64,000 bases of DNA, taken from positions 160,001 through 224,000 of the forward strand of contig CAWDVR010000001.1 of the NCBI GenBank assembly GCA_963805975.1. The letters are read 5' to 3'. The position numbers and the translations under genes were made by a program. This DNA is from an uncultured Acidobacteriota bacterium. Lineage in GTDB: Bacteria; Acidobacteriota; Thermoanaerobaculia; Multivoradales; SZUA-115. This document shows positions 23,606 through 35,104 of the stretch, in pieces (the stretch's first letter is position 1; each line of letters begins with the position of its first letter). The notes beneath the pieces were generated by a model. The model did no database searches. It was not told the DNA's origin and was given only the letters and a program-made list of their open reading frames with translations.

Positions 23606-23736
23606 TGCCGTGTCTCCTTGGAGAGCCGGGAAGCGACCGGCCCCTTGTTAGTTCGCGGCGGAGTGTAGGTGAAGGTGACTTGAAGTTGAGTTGAAAAGGC
23701 GCTCAGGGCAGGCCATCCCTGTGCGCACTAGATTGG

Positions 23737-23760
23737 CATACATAGGTAAACTTATGTATG
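23737..23760. promoter_or_regulatory. Palindromic operator, likely bound by the ArsR regulator
   Basis: CATACATAGGT-AA-ACTTATGTATG (10 of 11 arm positions match), AT-rich, flanked by TTGGCA/TGCCAA; resembles ArsR 12-2-12 operators. Confidence 0.65.
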
Positions 23761-23816
23761 TGCCAAAGTTACAGGGCGGGGAGCTGTGCAAACTTTCCCG
23801 GAAAAAGAGGGCGGAG

Positions 23817-23850
23817 AGTAGGGCTCCGAAGCACTGGAGCCCTACTTTTT
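23817..23850. terminator. Intrinsic terminator hairpin downstream of sodA
   Basis: AGTAGGGCTCC-GAAGCACT-GGAGCCCTACT, an 11-bp stem with an adjacent T/A tract. Confidence 0.7.
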
Positions 23851-23852
23851 GC

Positions 23853-24461
23853 CTAGCGGCGGGCGTCGGCGAAGCGCTCGGCGACCGCGGACCAGCGGAT
23901 GGTGCTCCACCAGGCGGAGAGGTAGTCGGGGCGCCGGTTTTGATACTTGAGGTAGTAGGCGTGTTCCCAGACGTCCACGCCCAGGATCGGCGTCTTGCCT
24001 TCCATCAGCGGGCTGTCCTGATTGGGAAGCGCGGTCACCTCCAGCTTGCCGCCGGAGGCCACCAGCCAGCCCCAGCCGGAGCCGAACTGCCCGGTAGCGG
24101 CGTTGGTCAACTTCTCCTTGCAGGCCTCGAAGCTGCCAAAGGCTTCGTCGATGGCGCCGGCGAGAGCGCCGCTCGGCGTGCCACCGCCCTCCGGCCCCAT
24201 CACTTCCCAGAAGAGAGAGTGGTTGGCGTGGCCGCCACCGTGGTTGCGCACCGCCTTGCGGATGGCCTCCGGCACGGTGTCGATGCCGCGCAACAACTCC
24301 TCGACCGACTTCGATGCCAGGTCGGGGTGGCCCTCGAGCGCCTTGTTCAGATTGGTGACGTAAGCCGCGTGGTGCTTGTCGTGGTGGATCTCCATAGTGC
24401 GCGCGTCGATGTGGGGCTCGAGCGCGTCGAAGGCGTAGGGCAGGGGAGGAACGGTGTGCAT
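23853..24461 (-). CDS. sodA: Superoxide dismutase [Mn/Fe], Mn-type signature
   Basis: [36 protein letters not shown]; AGGAG RBS before MHTVPPLPY. Confidence 0.96.
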   Translation of the reverse strand: MHTVPPLPYAFDALEPHIDARTMEIHHDKHHAAYVTNLNKALEGHPDLASKSVEELLRGIDTVPEAIRKAVRNHGGGHANHSLFWEVMGPEGGGTPSGALAGAIDEAFGSFEACKEKLTNAATGQFGSGWGWLVASGGKLEVTALPNQDSPLMEGKTPILGVDVWEHAYYLKYQNRRPDYLSAWWSTIRWSAVAERFADARR

Positions 24462-24563
24462 GCTGGTGAGGCTCCTTTCTATCGGCAGGTCTTTCCGTCT
24501 CGGGGGGTCTCCGGCGTGCGGCCGGTCGTGTCTATGCAAAATTGTCGCACGATGAAGCACGCG

Positions 24564-24592
24564 TTGACTTGCCCAGGTCGCCTGCGTACAAT
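24564..24592 (+). promoter_or_regulatory. Sigma-70 promoter for tRNA-Val/tRNA-Asp/rpmG
   Basis: TTGACT-N17-TACAAT. Confidence 0.75.
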
Positions 24593-24627
24593 GTCGCCTC
24601 TTCCGCGGAGGGGCTCTTCCGCGAAGC

Positions 24628-24703
24628 GGGAGGTTAGCTCAGCGGTTAGAGCACCTGCCTTACACGCAGGGGGTCGCGGGTTCAAATCCCTCACCTCCCA
24701 CCA
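24628..24703 (+). tRNA. tRNA-Val (TAC)
   Basis: GGGAGGTTAGCTCAGCGGTTAGAGCACCTGCCTTACACGCAGGGGGTCGCGGGTTCAAATCCCTCACCTCCCACCA. Confidence 0.95.
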
Positions 24704-24747
24704 GGAAGGCAGGCTCGGGTAGCCAAGTCAGCACTGAAAGTTTATGC

Positions 24748-24824
24748 GGGGCTGTAGTTCAGCCGGTTAGAACGCCGGCCTGTCACGCCGGAGGTCGCGG
24801 GTTCGAGTCCCGTCGGCCCCGCCA
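24748..24824 (+). tRNA. tRNA-Asp (GTC)
   Basis: GGGGCTGTAGTTCAGCCGGTTAGAACGCCGGCCTGTCACGCCGGAGGTCGCGGGTTCGAGTCCCGTCGGCCCCGCCA. Confidence 0.96.
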
Positions 24825-24877
24825 GCTTTCGAAATGCCGAAGTCGATTCACCGAAACCGATTCTCGAGGCAGTCACG

Positions 24878-25033
24878 ATGCGCGAAAAGATCAAGCTCGT
24901 ATCTTCCGCCGGTACGGGGTACTTCTACACCACGACCAAGAACAAGAAGGCTTCCACCGAGAAGCTGCGCTTCCAGAAATACGACCCCAAGGTGCGCAAG
25001 CACGTCGAGTTCGTCGAAGAGAAGCTCCGCTAG
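24878..25033 (+). CDS. rpmG: 50S ribosomal protein L33 (Cys-free type)
   Basis: Manual translation [51 protein letters not shown] (51 aa, below ORF-track cutoff). Confidence 0.97.
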   Translation: MREKIKLVSSAGTGYFYTTTKNKKASTEKLRFQKYDPKVRKHVEFVEEKLR

Positions 25034-25111
25034 AACCGTCGGCAGCCCATTCCGAGTCGCACCGCACGCCGCGCTCTCCGCCTCGACGAGGCCAGCGCGG
25101 CGTTCCTATCT

Positions 25112-25771
25112 TCAGCCCCCTTCCCTCCAGGCCCGTCGCAATCGGTGCCGCAGCCGGTGCAGGCGCACGTGCAGGGTGGCCGCCGAGGGGCGGCCGGGCA
25201 TCAAGCCCGCCACCTCCTGGCTCGTCCAGCCCGAGATCGCGATCAGCACCAGGGCGGTGAGATAGCTCCGGCCGTGCTCGCCGAGCTCGGTCGCAGCGAG
25301 ACCGCGCCACAGCCGGCGCCAGCCCTCGTCCTCGATCAACCGCTCCTCGGGGGTCGGATCGCGGTCGGGCGTCGACGCCGCGAGGTGGGCCGCTCCCGAC
25401 TGGGAGAGAGACACGAGGCGCCGGCCTCCGCGCTTTGCCGCCGCGAGATGGCGGACGCGGTCGACCACCACCCGTTCCGCCATCCGGCCCAGGTAGGCAC
25501 CGAGGACGAGATCGTTGCGCGCCGGGCCCGAGGTCAGCGATCGGCCGTGCCGCTCCAGCAGGCGGCAGAACACTTCCTGCACCAGCTCGTCCACCAAGTC
25601 GGAGGAGGTGCTGAGACCGCAGCGGCCGAGGGCGGCGCGAGTCCGCGCCCGGAGCCGGAACTGATGGCGGCCGACCATCTCTTCCCAGAGCACCTCGGTG
25701 TCGAGGCAGGAGTGGTGCGGAGGCTGCTGGGCTTGCGAGGCAGGCGAGAGAGAAGCTGCAAACTGGGTCAT
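25112..25771 (-). CDS. Divergent ECF-type RNA polymerase sigma factor
   Basis: Region 2-like DELVQEVFCRLL...AYLGRMAERVVVDRVRHLAAAKRGG; PTPEE linker; region 4-like GWTSQEVAGLM...TLHVRLHRLRHRL; AAGGAG RBS. Confidence 0.75.
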   Translation of the reverse strand: MTQFAASLSPASQAQQPPHHSCLDTEVLWEEMVGRHQFRLRARTRAALGRCGLSTSSDLVDELVQEVFCRLLERHGRSLTSGPARNDLVLGAYLGRMAERVVVDRVRHLAAAKRGGRRLVSLSQSGAAHLAASTPDRDPTPEERLIEDEGWRRLWRGLAATELGEHGRSYLTALVLIAISGWTSQEVAGLMPGRPSAATLHVRLHRLRHRLRRAWREGG

Positions 25772-25933
25772 GGTCCGCTCCTTCGAGACAAGGGGAGCGG
25801 AGGGGCGCAGCTCCAGCCGCGGCACGGCCAGCGACAGGAAACGGACAATCGACGGGACCTCGAGAGCCCCGGAAAGCGGTAAGGTCCACGGAGGATACCA
25901 CAAGTCCTGCCCTGCGGGACTACCCAGATCCCA

Positions 25934-26017
25934 TTGACTTCCTTCGATAGGCGTCGCTACAATCACGCCCAAAGTTCAGGTAACACTTGAGACGGAAGGG
26001 CCTAAGCGCCCTACAAT
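25934..26017 (+). promoter_or_regulatory. Tandem sigma-70-like promoters upstream of the Ig-like repeat protein
   Basis: TTGACT-N18-TACAAT (25934-25963) and TTGAGA-N19-TACAAT (25987-26017). Confidence 0.45.
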
Positions 26018-26070
26018 CTGAGCCAGCACGAACCGGCCCGGCTATGCAGCCGAGACAGCAGGAGAGGGTC

Positions 26071-27270
26071 ATGCAACGGAAGCTCTTCATGGTTGCCGTC
26101 GTCGTCGCGCTCTCGACCGCCGCGCCCGTCCAGGCGGCGCCACCCTTTGGCAGCTTCGGCGGTCTCGTCGGGGGAGGGAATGGCGGGGCTGGAACGATTC
26201 CGCTCCACGGTTGGGCGCTGGACGACAACGGCGTCGCCGCGGTCGACATCCTGGTCGACGGCCTGGTCGTCGGCCGAGCCCTTTACGGCCGCGAGCGGCC
26301 GGGCGTGACCAGCCAGTTCCCCGGCTTCCCGGATTCCGAGTATCCGGGTTTTGGCTATCAGCTCGACAGCACGCGTTTCTTGAACGGTCTGCACACGCTG
26401 AGCGCACGAGTGGTGAGCGAGACCGGTGAGATCCGCAACCTGAACAGCCGGACCGTCCAGTTCACCAACCTCACCCACAACCTGGTGCCCTTCGGCGCCA
26501 TCGAGTTTCCCAGCTCCGACGCCGATCTCTTCGGCCGCTGCAACCTCGCGCAACCGCGCCGCTACAGCGTGATCGCCGGCTGGGCGCTGGACGTGGGGGT
26601 GGAGACCGGCGACCAGGGAATCTCCTACGTCGAGCTGATGATCGACGGCGTGATCCACCGCAACACGCTCGAGTCCTGCCACTTCGACATCAACAAGGGC
26701 GGCCTCTCGGATTGCTACGGTTTCCGCCGGCTGGACGTGGCGCAGCACTTCCCCACGCTCTCCGACTCGCCTCAGAGCGGCTTTCGCTTCGTGCTCGACA
26801 TCGGCGCGCTGCTGAACGAGGGGATCGTTCCGGGGCGCCACCTGATCTCCATCCGCGCCGGCGACCGCTCGGGCCAGACGGCGCGCGTCGCCGAGATGCC
26901 GGTGACCTTCGACTGCGACGACTTCCTGGGCAACGAGGGCTCGTTCGGCGAGGTGCAGCGGCCCCGTGGCGGCCTGACCTACGGCGGCGTGATCGAGACC
27001 ATCGGCTGGGCGCTCGACCGCGAGTCGGTCAATGCGGTGCTGATCTACGTGGACGGCGTGCTGCAGGGCAATGCCGACTACGGGTTCGAGCGGCCCGTGG
27101 TGACGTTCTTCTATCCCGGCTTCTTCAACAGCGCGCTGCCCGGCTGGCGGTTCTTCCTCGACACTCGCAACTTCTCGAACGGCCAGCATACGCTGCACGC
27201 CGTGGTGCGCGACGGTCTCGGCGTCACCAAGCTGATCGGCGAGCGCAGCTTCGTAGTCTTCAATCCGTAG
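26071..27270 (+). CDS. Secreted protein with three Ig-like (Big-type) repeats
   Basis: Signal peptide ending VQA; three repeats of FG...GWALD...V.I.VDG...R..V...FP......GF.F.LD.....G.H.L. Confidence 0.75.
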   Translation: MQRKLFMVAVVVALSTAAPVQAAPPFGSFGGLVGGGNGGAGTIPLHGWALDDNGVAAVDILVDGLVVGRALYGRERPGVTSQFPGFPDSEYPGFGYQLDSTRFLNGLHTLSARVVSETGEIRNLNSRTVQFTNLTHNLVPFGAIEFPSSDADLFGRCNLAQPRRYSVIAGWALDVGVETGDQGISYVELMIDGVIHRNTLESCHFDINKGGLSDCYGFRRLDVAQHFPTLSDSPQSGFRFVLDIGALLNEGIVPGRHLISIRAGDRSGQTARVAEMPVTFDCDDFLGNEGSFGEVQRPRGGLTYGGVIETIGWALDRESVNAVLIYVDGVLQGNADYGFERPVVTFFYPGFFNSALPGWRFFLDTRNFSNGQHTLHAVVRDGLGVTKLIGERSFVVFNP

Positions 27271-27305
27271 AGGTTGGGGCGCACGGCCGTGCGCCCTCTC
27301 GTTCT

Positions 27306-28910
27306 CTAGTCTCTGACCGGCGTCTCGTCGAGCCGGCCCTGGCCACGGCTGGCCTGGCGCTGGGCGAGGAGATCCTTCGCCTGGCTGAACAGCGCCAGGG
27401 CGCGCTGGATCTGGGGGTCGCCCTCGGCCAGCACGCGGTGCTGCGCCACCTGGCCGAAGCGCGCGTTCATCACCTCGCCGGAGATCGCCCGCAGCGCGTG
27501 CTCGGTGGTCTTCGCATCGGCAAAGCCCTTGTCGATCTCCGCGGCCGTCGCCACCTTCTCGCTCGCCAGCCAGGCACGGAACTGCGTCAGCACCTCGGGC
27601 CCCGGCCGCCACGACTGGGCCTCGACCCGGTTCTTGTTGAGGTAGTCGACCGCGAAGTTGAGGAAGGCGTTCCTGGCCAGCAGGAGCTGCGAGAAGGGCT
27701 CCATGTCCTCGATCTCGACCAGCACGTCCGGGGTGATGCCGCCGCCGCCGAAGACGTCGCGGCCGAGGTCGGTGTGGAACACCGGGTCGCGCGGTGAGTG
27801 CTGGGGCGGCGCTTCGCCGTCGGTTACCCACACGTAGTCGAAGTAGGAGGTGTAGTCGCGCTGGATCAGCCGTCCCGAGGGGGTGTAGTACTTGGCGGTG
27901 GTCAGCGCCAGGCCGGCGCCGTAGGGCAGGTTGTACACCGTTTGCACCAGGCCCTTGCCCCAGGTCGGAGTGCCGACGATGAGACCCATGTCGTGGTCCT
28001 GGATGGCCCCGGAGACGATCTCCGCCGCCGACGCCGTGCCGCGGTTGACCAGCACCACGACCGGCAGGCCGAGGGCCGGGCTCTTGCCGCCCGCGGCGTA
28101 GCTCTGCATGGAGTCCGAGGTGCGCCCGCGGGTCTCGACGATCGGGCTGCCGTGGGGCACGAACTGGTCGGCGATGTCGATCGCCTGGTCGAGCAGGCCG
28201 CCGCCGTTGTTGCGCAGGTCGAAAACCAGTTGCTTCATGCCCTGCTGCTTCAGGTCGGCGATCGCCCGCACCATCTCCTCGCCCGAGGCGCGGTTGAAAT
28301 CGGTCAGCCAGATGTAGCCGGTGGCCTGGTCGATCATGTACGCCGAGCGCACGGTGGTCTGCGGGATCTCGGCCCGGGTGACCGTCATCTTGAGCGGCTC
28401 GTCGAGGCCGCGGCGCACGATCTCGATCGTCACCTGGGTGCCCTTCGGCCCTTTGAGCTTGTCGACCGCCTCGTCCACCGACATGGTCTCGGTGGGCTCG
28501 CCCTCGATGGTGGAGATGACGTCGCCGGCGCGGATGCCGAGACGCGACGCCGGAGAGCCCTCGATGGGGGTCGCCACCGTCAGCCTGCCGTTGCGCTGGC
28601 TGATCAGGATGCCAAGCCCGTAGAAGGTGCTCTGCTGCTTCTCGCGCATCCCGGTGTAGGCCTTGGGCGAGAGAAACGCGGTGTGCGGGTCCAGGGTGCG
28701 GAGCATGCCCTGGATGGAAGCGAACACCAGGTCCCGGAAGGTGACCTCGCTGCCGTAGCGGTCGTGGGCCAGGGACAGGAGCTCGGTGTAGACCCGGAGC
28801 TGATCCCGGGCGTCGGCGCCGCGGGCGAGCAGCTTGTCGCCGACCAGCGCGCCGCCAGCCAAGGCGGCCAGGAAGAGGATGGTGGCTGCGGTTCTCCAGG
28901 GCTTTCGCAT
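27306..28910 (-). CDS. ctpA: Carboxy-terminal processing protease (S41, PDZ)
   Basis: LDPHT, GLGI PDZ motif, DLRNNGGG, TASAAEIVSGAIQD, TWGKGLVQ, YYTPSGRLIQ. Confidence 0.93.
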   Translation of the reverse strand: MRKPWRTAATILFLAALAGGALVGDKLLARGADARDQLRVYTELLSLAHDRYGSEVTFRDLVFASIQGMLRTLDPHTAFLSPKAYTGMREKQQSTFYGLGILISQRNGRLTVATPIEGSPASRLGIRAGDVISTIEGEPTETMSVDEAVDKLKGPKGTQVTIEIVRRGLDEPLKMTVTRAEIPQTTVRSAYMIDQATGYIWLTDFNRASGEEMVRAIADLKQQGMKQLVFDLRNNGGGLLDQAIDIADQFVPHGSPIVETRGRTSDSMQSYAAGGKSPALGLPVVVLVNRGTASAAEIVSGAIQDHDMGLIVGTPTWGKGLVQTVYNLPYGAGLALTTAKYYTPSGRLIQRDYTSYFDYVWVTDGEAPPQHSPRDPVFHTDLGRDVFGGGGITPDVLVEIEDMEPFSQLLLARNAFLNFAVDYLNKNRVEAQSWRPGPEVLTQFRAWLASEKVATAAEIDKGFADAKTTEHALRAISGEVMNARFGQVAQHRVLAEGDPQIQRALALFSQAKDLLAQRQASRGQGRLDETPVRD

Positions 28911-29008
28911 GCGGACAGTTTAGCAGCCCACGGCCGTCAGGAGCCCCCGCTCTATTGGAGTGCTTTGCTTGACATCCCCCGGCGGTCGGCCGATGATCCA
29001 AACCGCTC

Positions 29009-29428
29009 ATGTTCGGACCCCTCGGCCTGTGGGAGCTGATCTTCATCCTGGTCATCGCGCTGCTGCTCTTCGGACCGAAAGGCCTGCCGGAGATCGGGCG
29101 CACGCTCGGCAAGGCCTTCTCCGAGTTCCGCCGCGCCAGCGAAGAGCTGAAGCGGACGCTCAACACCGAGATCTCGGCGCTCGACGAGGAGCAGCAGCAG
29201 AGCGCTCCGCGCCCCGCGCTCGTGGCGCCGCGCGCGGCCGCACCGGGCACCAGCCCGCGGGGCAGCCTCCGGCAGCCGGTCCTGCGCACTCTCGAAGCTG
29301 AGCCCGGCCTCGTCTCGGACCCCACGGAGGGGCCCGAGCCGCCGAGCGCCGAGGAGCTCGAGGCGGGGAGCGCCGAGGAGGGGAAGGTGCCGTCCACTCG
29401 CGAGGAAGCCTCTTCCACCTCCGGCTGA
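29009..29428 (+). CDS. tatA: Twin-arginine translocase TatA/TatB-family subunit
   Basis: WELIFILVIALLLFGPKGLPEIGRTLGKAFSEFRRA plus a long disordered tail (could be TatB); upstream of tatC. Confidence 0.85.
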   Translation: MFGPLGLWELIFILVIALLLFGPKGLPEIGRTLGKAFSEFRRASEELKRTLNTEISALDEEQQQSAPRPALVAPRAAAPGTSPRGSLRQPVLRTLEAEPGLVSDPTEGPEPPSAEELEAGSAEEGKVPSTREEASSTSG

Positions 29429-29465
29429 GCCGAGCCGGCGAGCTGTCATTTCTGTTTTGTCCGCA

Positions 29466-30257
29466 ATGCCCAGCCCAGCGCAGCCGGTGCCGCCGGCGTC
29501 CGAGGACCTGCCCCGGATGTCGCTCCTCCAGCACCTCGAAGAGCTGCGCAAGCGAATCCTCTACTCGCTGATCGCCGTGGCCGTTGCCTTCGGCGGTTGC
29601 TGGTACTACGTGGAGAGGATCTTCGACTTCATCGAGAAGCCGATCCACGACGCCCTGCCGGCCGGCCAGAAGCTCGCCATCTTCGGCATCCCGGACGCCT
29701 TCTTCCTCTACTTCAAGGTGGCGGGCCTGGCCGCGGTGTTCGTGGCCATGCCGGTGATCCTCTACCAGGTCTGGCTGTTCGTGGCTCCCGGCCTCTACCG
29801 CCGGGAACGGGCCTGGGCCGCCGCGTTCGTTTGCACCGGCACGCTGCTCTTCGTGGCCGGTGGCCTCTTCGCTTACTACGTGGCGAGCCCTTTCGCCATC
29901 GAGTTCCTGCTCGACATGGGCAGCCGCTTCCAGCAGGTGATCGCCGTCGACCGCTATCTCAAGTTCGAGATGACCATGATCCTGGGGCTCGGCCTGATGT
30001 TCGAGCTGCCGGTGCTGATCTTCACCCTGTCGCAGCTCGGTGTGGTCACGCCGCAGTTCCTGATCCGCCAGTTCCGCTGGGCGGTGCTCATCATCTTCTT
30101 CCTGGCCGCGGTGGTCACGCCGACGCCGGACGTGCTCAACCTCTGCATCTTCGCCCTGCCCACCATCGCGCTCTACCTCCTGGGCGTCGCCGCGGCCTGG
30201 GTGGCGCAGCGGAGCCGCCGGCGCCGGGAAGCGGCGGCCCTGGAGGAGACGTCTTAG
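29466..30257 (+). CDS. tatC: Twin-arginine translocase subunit TatC
   Basis: MSLLQHLEELRKR, YQVWLFVAPGLY, FELPV, AVVTPTPD. Confidence 0.96.
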   Translation: MPSPAQPVPPASEDLPRMSLLQHLEELRKRILYSLIAVAVAFGGCWYYVERIFDFIEKPIHDALPAGQKLAIFGIPDAFFLYFKVAGLAAVFVAMPVILYQVWLFVAPGLYRRERAWAAAFVCTGTLLFVAGGLFAYYVASPFAIEFLLDMGSRFQQVIAVDRYLKFEMTMILGLGLMFELPVLIFTLSQLGVVTPQFLIRQFRWAVLIIFFLAAVVTPTPDVLNLCIFALPTIALYLLGVAAAWVAQRSRRRREAAALEETS

Positions 30258-30300
30258 AAGGCACTCCGAATACGATGCGCGCCGCCACGTAGAGGTAGGC

Positions 30301-31245
30301 ATGCCTATCTCACTGCTCGGCCTTCTCGAGCCTGCGCTCGACCGCACCAAGCGGATTCTCTTCCAGCCCTTCGACCTCCGAAAGTGGTTCGTGATCGGGT
30401 TCGGCTGCTGGCTCGCGCAGCTCGCCCACGGCGGCCATGGTGGGCCGCGCTGGAGCTTCGGTCTGCCGGCGAACGGGGCGTCGCTGAGTCAGCCTGGCTC
30501 GTTCCCGACCGGGTTCGGCTTGTGGCTCCTCATGCTGTTGGCGCTGGTCGGTCTCGCGCTGATAGTGGCCCTGCTGTGGGTGGGCTCGCGTGGTGCGCTC
30601 GTCTTTCTCGACAACGTCAGTTTCAACCGGGCGGCGATTGCTGCTCCCTGGAAGCGCTACGCCGTGCTCGGCGACTCGCTGTTTCGGTGGCGGGTGGCAT
30701 TCGTGGCCGTGGTGCTGCTCGCGGTCCTGGCGAGCGTTGGTGCCTTTCTCCTGGCGGGCGGCTCGTGGTGGATCGGAGGACAGAGCGGGCTTCCCCTGGC
30801 CGCCAGCCTGGTCGGCGGTTCGCTGCTGGCCCTCTGCCTGTTGACGGCTCTGTTCGTGGGCCTGCTGCTGAACTCATTCGTCGTGCCGGTCATGGCCGCC
30901 GAGGGCTTATCCTGCCGAGCTGCCTGGAAGCGTTTCCTGATCGTGTTCCGGCCGCACCTCGGCACCCTTCTTGTCTATGGCCTGATGGTCCTGGTCTTCG
31001 GCCTGGCACTCGTGGCGGCAACGGTAGTTCTCGGGTTCTCGACCTGCTGCCTCGGCTTTCTGCTGCTGGCGATCCCCTACCTCGGCACCGTAGTGCTCCT
31101 GCCGGCGTTCGTTTTCCTGCGCTGCTTCAGCCTAGAGCTGCTGGCGGCGGTGGAGCCGAGTTGGAACCTCTTCGAGAGCGGGAACTGGAGCACGGAGAGA
31201 GGCGCTCCCCCTGCGCCGGCCGATGCGGAGCGCTTCAGCGTCTAG
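30301..31245 (+). CDS. Hypothetical multi-pass membrane protein
   Basis: Several TM segments; conserved-looking PFDLRKWF..GF..WLA and TCC...LLAIPYLGTVVLLP; GAGGT RBS. Confidence 0.75.
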   Translation: MPISLLGLLEPALDRTKRILFQPFDLRKWFVIGFGCWLAQLAHGGHGGPRWSFGLPANGASLSQPGSFPTGFGLWLLMLLALVGLALIVALLWVGSRGALVFLDNVSFNRAAIAAPWKRYAVLGDSLFRWRVAFVAVVLLAVLASVGAFLLAGGSWWIGGQSGLPLAASLVGGSLLALCLLTALFVGLLLNSFVVPVMAAEGLSCRAAWKRFLIVFRPHLGTLLVYGLMVLVFGLALVAATVVLGFSTCCLGFLLLAIPYLGTVVLLPAFVFLRCFSLELLAAVEPSWNLFESGNWSTERGAPPAPADAERFSV

Positions 31246-31422
31246 TGTGCCCGACGCGGGCCCGCGGTCGAGGAGGTCGATCTGCGCTCTACCGGCTCAT
31301 CGTCCGGTACGATACGGGTGCGCATCGACCTACCTTGTCGCCTGGCAGATGCCGGTTCAAGAGGGTCGACCTTCTCCACTCATCTCGGTGAGGAATCGCC
31401 GTGTGTGTTCAGGGGCCCCACT

Positions 31423-34209
<2,787 letters not shown>

Positions 34210-34220
34210 AGGAGGACGAT

Positions 34221-34760
34221 ATGACCCACCTGCTGCTCAGCCTCGCGCTCGCCGGTCTGGCTTTGTCCGCCCCCGCGGCCGACGGGGTGCCCACGCTCTC
34301 GCTGGCCGAGAAGGAGGAGCCGGGCGAGCTGATGGTGCTCGAAGGGCAGGTTGCAGATGCCACTGGCGCGCCGCTCTCCGCGGTGGAAGTGGAGATCGCG
34401 CAGACCGGCGCCGACGGCCACTACCGGCGCGGGCCCGGCGGCATGGAGCTCGGCTCGGGCATGGCGCGGCTCAAGGGCAAGGTGAAGACCGATGCCGCGG
34501 GCCGCTTCCGGCTGGAGACCATCCGCCCCGGCGCCTACCCCGGCAAGACGGTGCCGGCGCACATCCACTTCCATGTCGGGGACCCGAGCTTCGATCGCGA
34601 AGAGCTGACGGTCTACTTCCAGGGGGACCCGCACCTGCCCGCGGGCTCGACCGACCGTGCCTTCGACGATCCCCGCACCTACGTGCGCCCCACCGAGCGG
34701 GACGACGGCGGCGTCTGGCGGGTGAGCGTCGAGCTCCGCCCGCCAAAGAGCCGGCGGTAG
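34221..34760 (+). CDS. Secreted intradiol ring-cleavage dioxygenase-like protein
   Basis: Signal peptide; QTGADGHY, TDAAGRFRLETIRPGAYP, PAHIHF (Tyr/Tyr/His/His Fe-ligand pattern). Confidence 0.8.
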   Translation: MTHLLLSLALAGLALSAPAADGVPTLSLAEKEEPGELMVLEGQVADATGAPLSAVEVEIAQTGADGHYRRGPGGMELGSGMARLKGKVKTDAAGRFRLETIRPGAYPGKTVPAHIHFHVGDPSFDREELTVYFQGDPHLPAGSTDRAFDDPRTYVRPTERDDGGVWRVSVELRPPKSRR

Positions 34761-34799
34761 CGGGCTCGGCCCATGGACCATCGCTCCATGTGAGTTTTC

Positions 34800-34828
34800 T
34801 TGACAGCGGCAAAGAGCGCCCGTAGGCT
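34800..34828 (+). promoter_or_regulatory. Sigma-70 promoter upstream of dodecin
   Basis: TTGACA-N17-TAGGCT. Confidence 0.6.
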
Positions 34829-34892
34829 CCCGGCGAGCACTCACTCCGCGGCCCAAGCGGTTCCCGGATCACCCACCAAGAAGGAGAGCACC

Positions 34893-35099
34893 ATGTCCGT
34901 AGCCAAGGTGTCGGAGATCAGTTGTACCTCGGAAAAGAGCTTCGAAGACGCCATCAAGCAGGGTCTGGCACGCGCCAACAAGTCGCTGCGCAACGTCAAG
35001 AGCGCCTGGATCAAGGAGCAGGTCGTGCGCGTCGGCAAGGGCGGGAAGATCAACGAGTACCAGGTGAACATGCTCGTCACCTTCATCCTCGACGACTAG
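34893..35099 (+). CDS. Dodecin-family protein
   Basis: MSVAKVSEISCTSEKSFEDAIKQGLARANKSLRNVKSAWIKEQ...EYQVNMLVTF; AAGGAG RBS. Confidence 0.92.
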   Translation: MSVAKVSEISCTSEKSFEDAIKQGLARANKSLRNVKSAWIKEQVVRVGKGGKINEYQVNMLVTFILDD

Positions 35100-35104
35100 C
35101 TCTC

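Noticed and set aside
24628-25112. Integrated element at tRNA-Val/tRNA-Asp
   Set aside because: No integrase and no duplicated tRNA 3' end were seen; rpmG follows directly.
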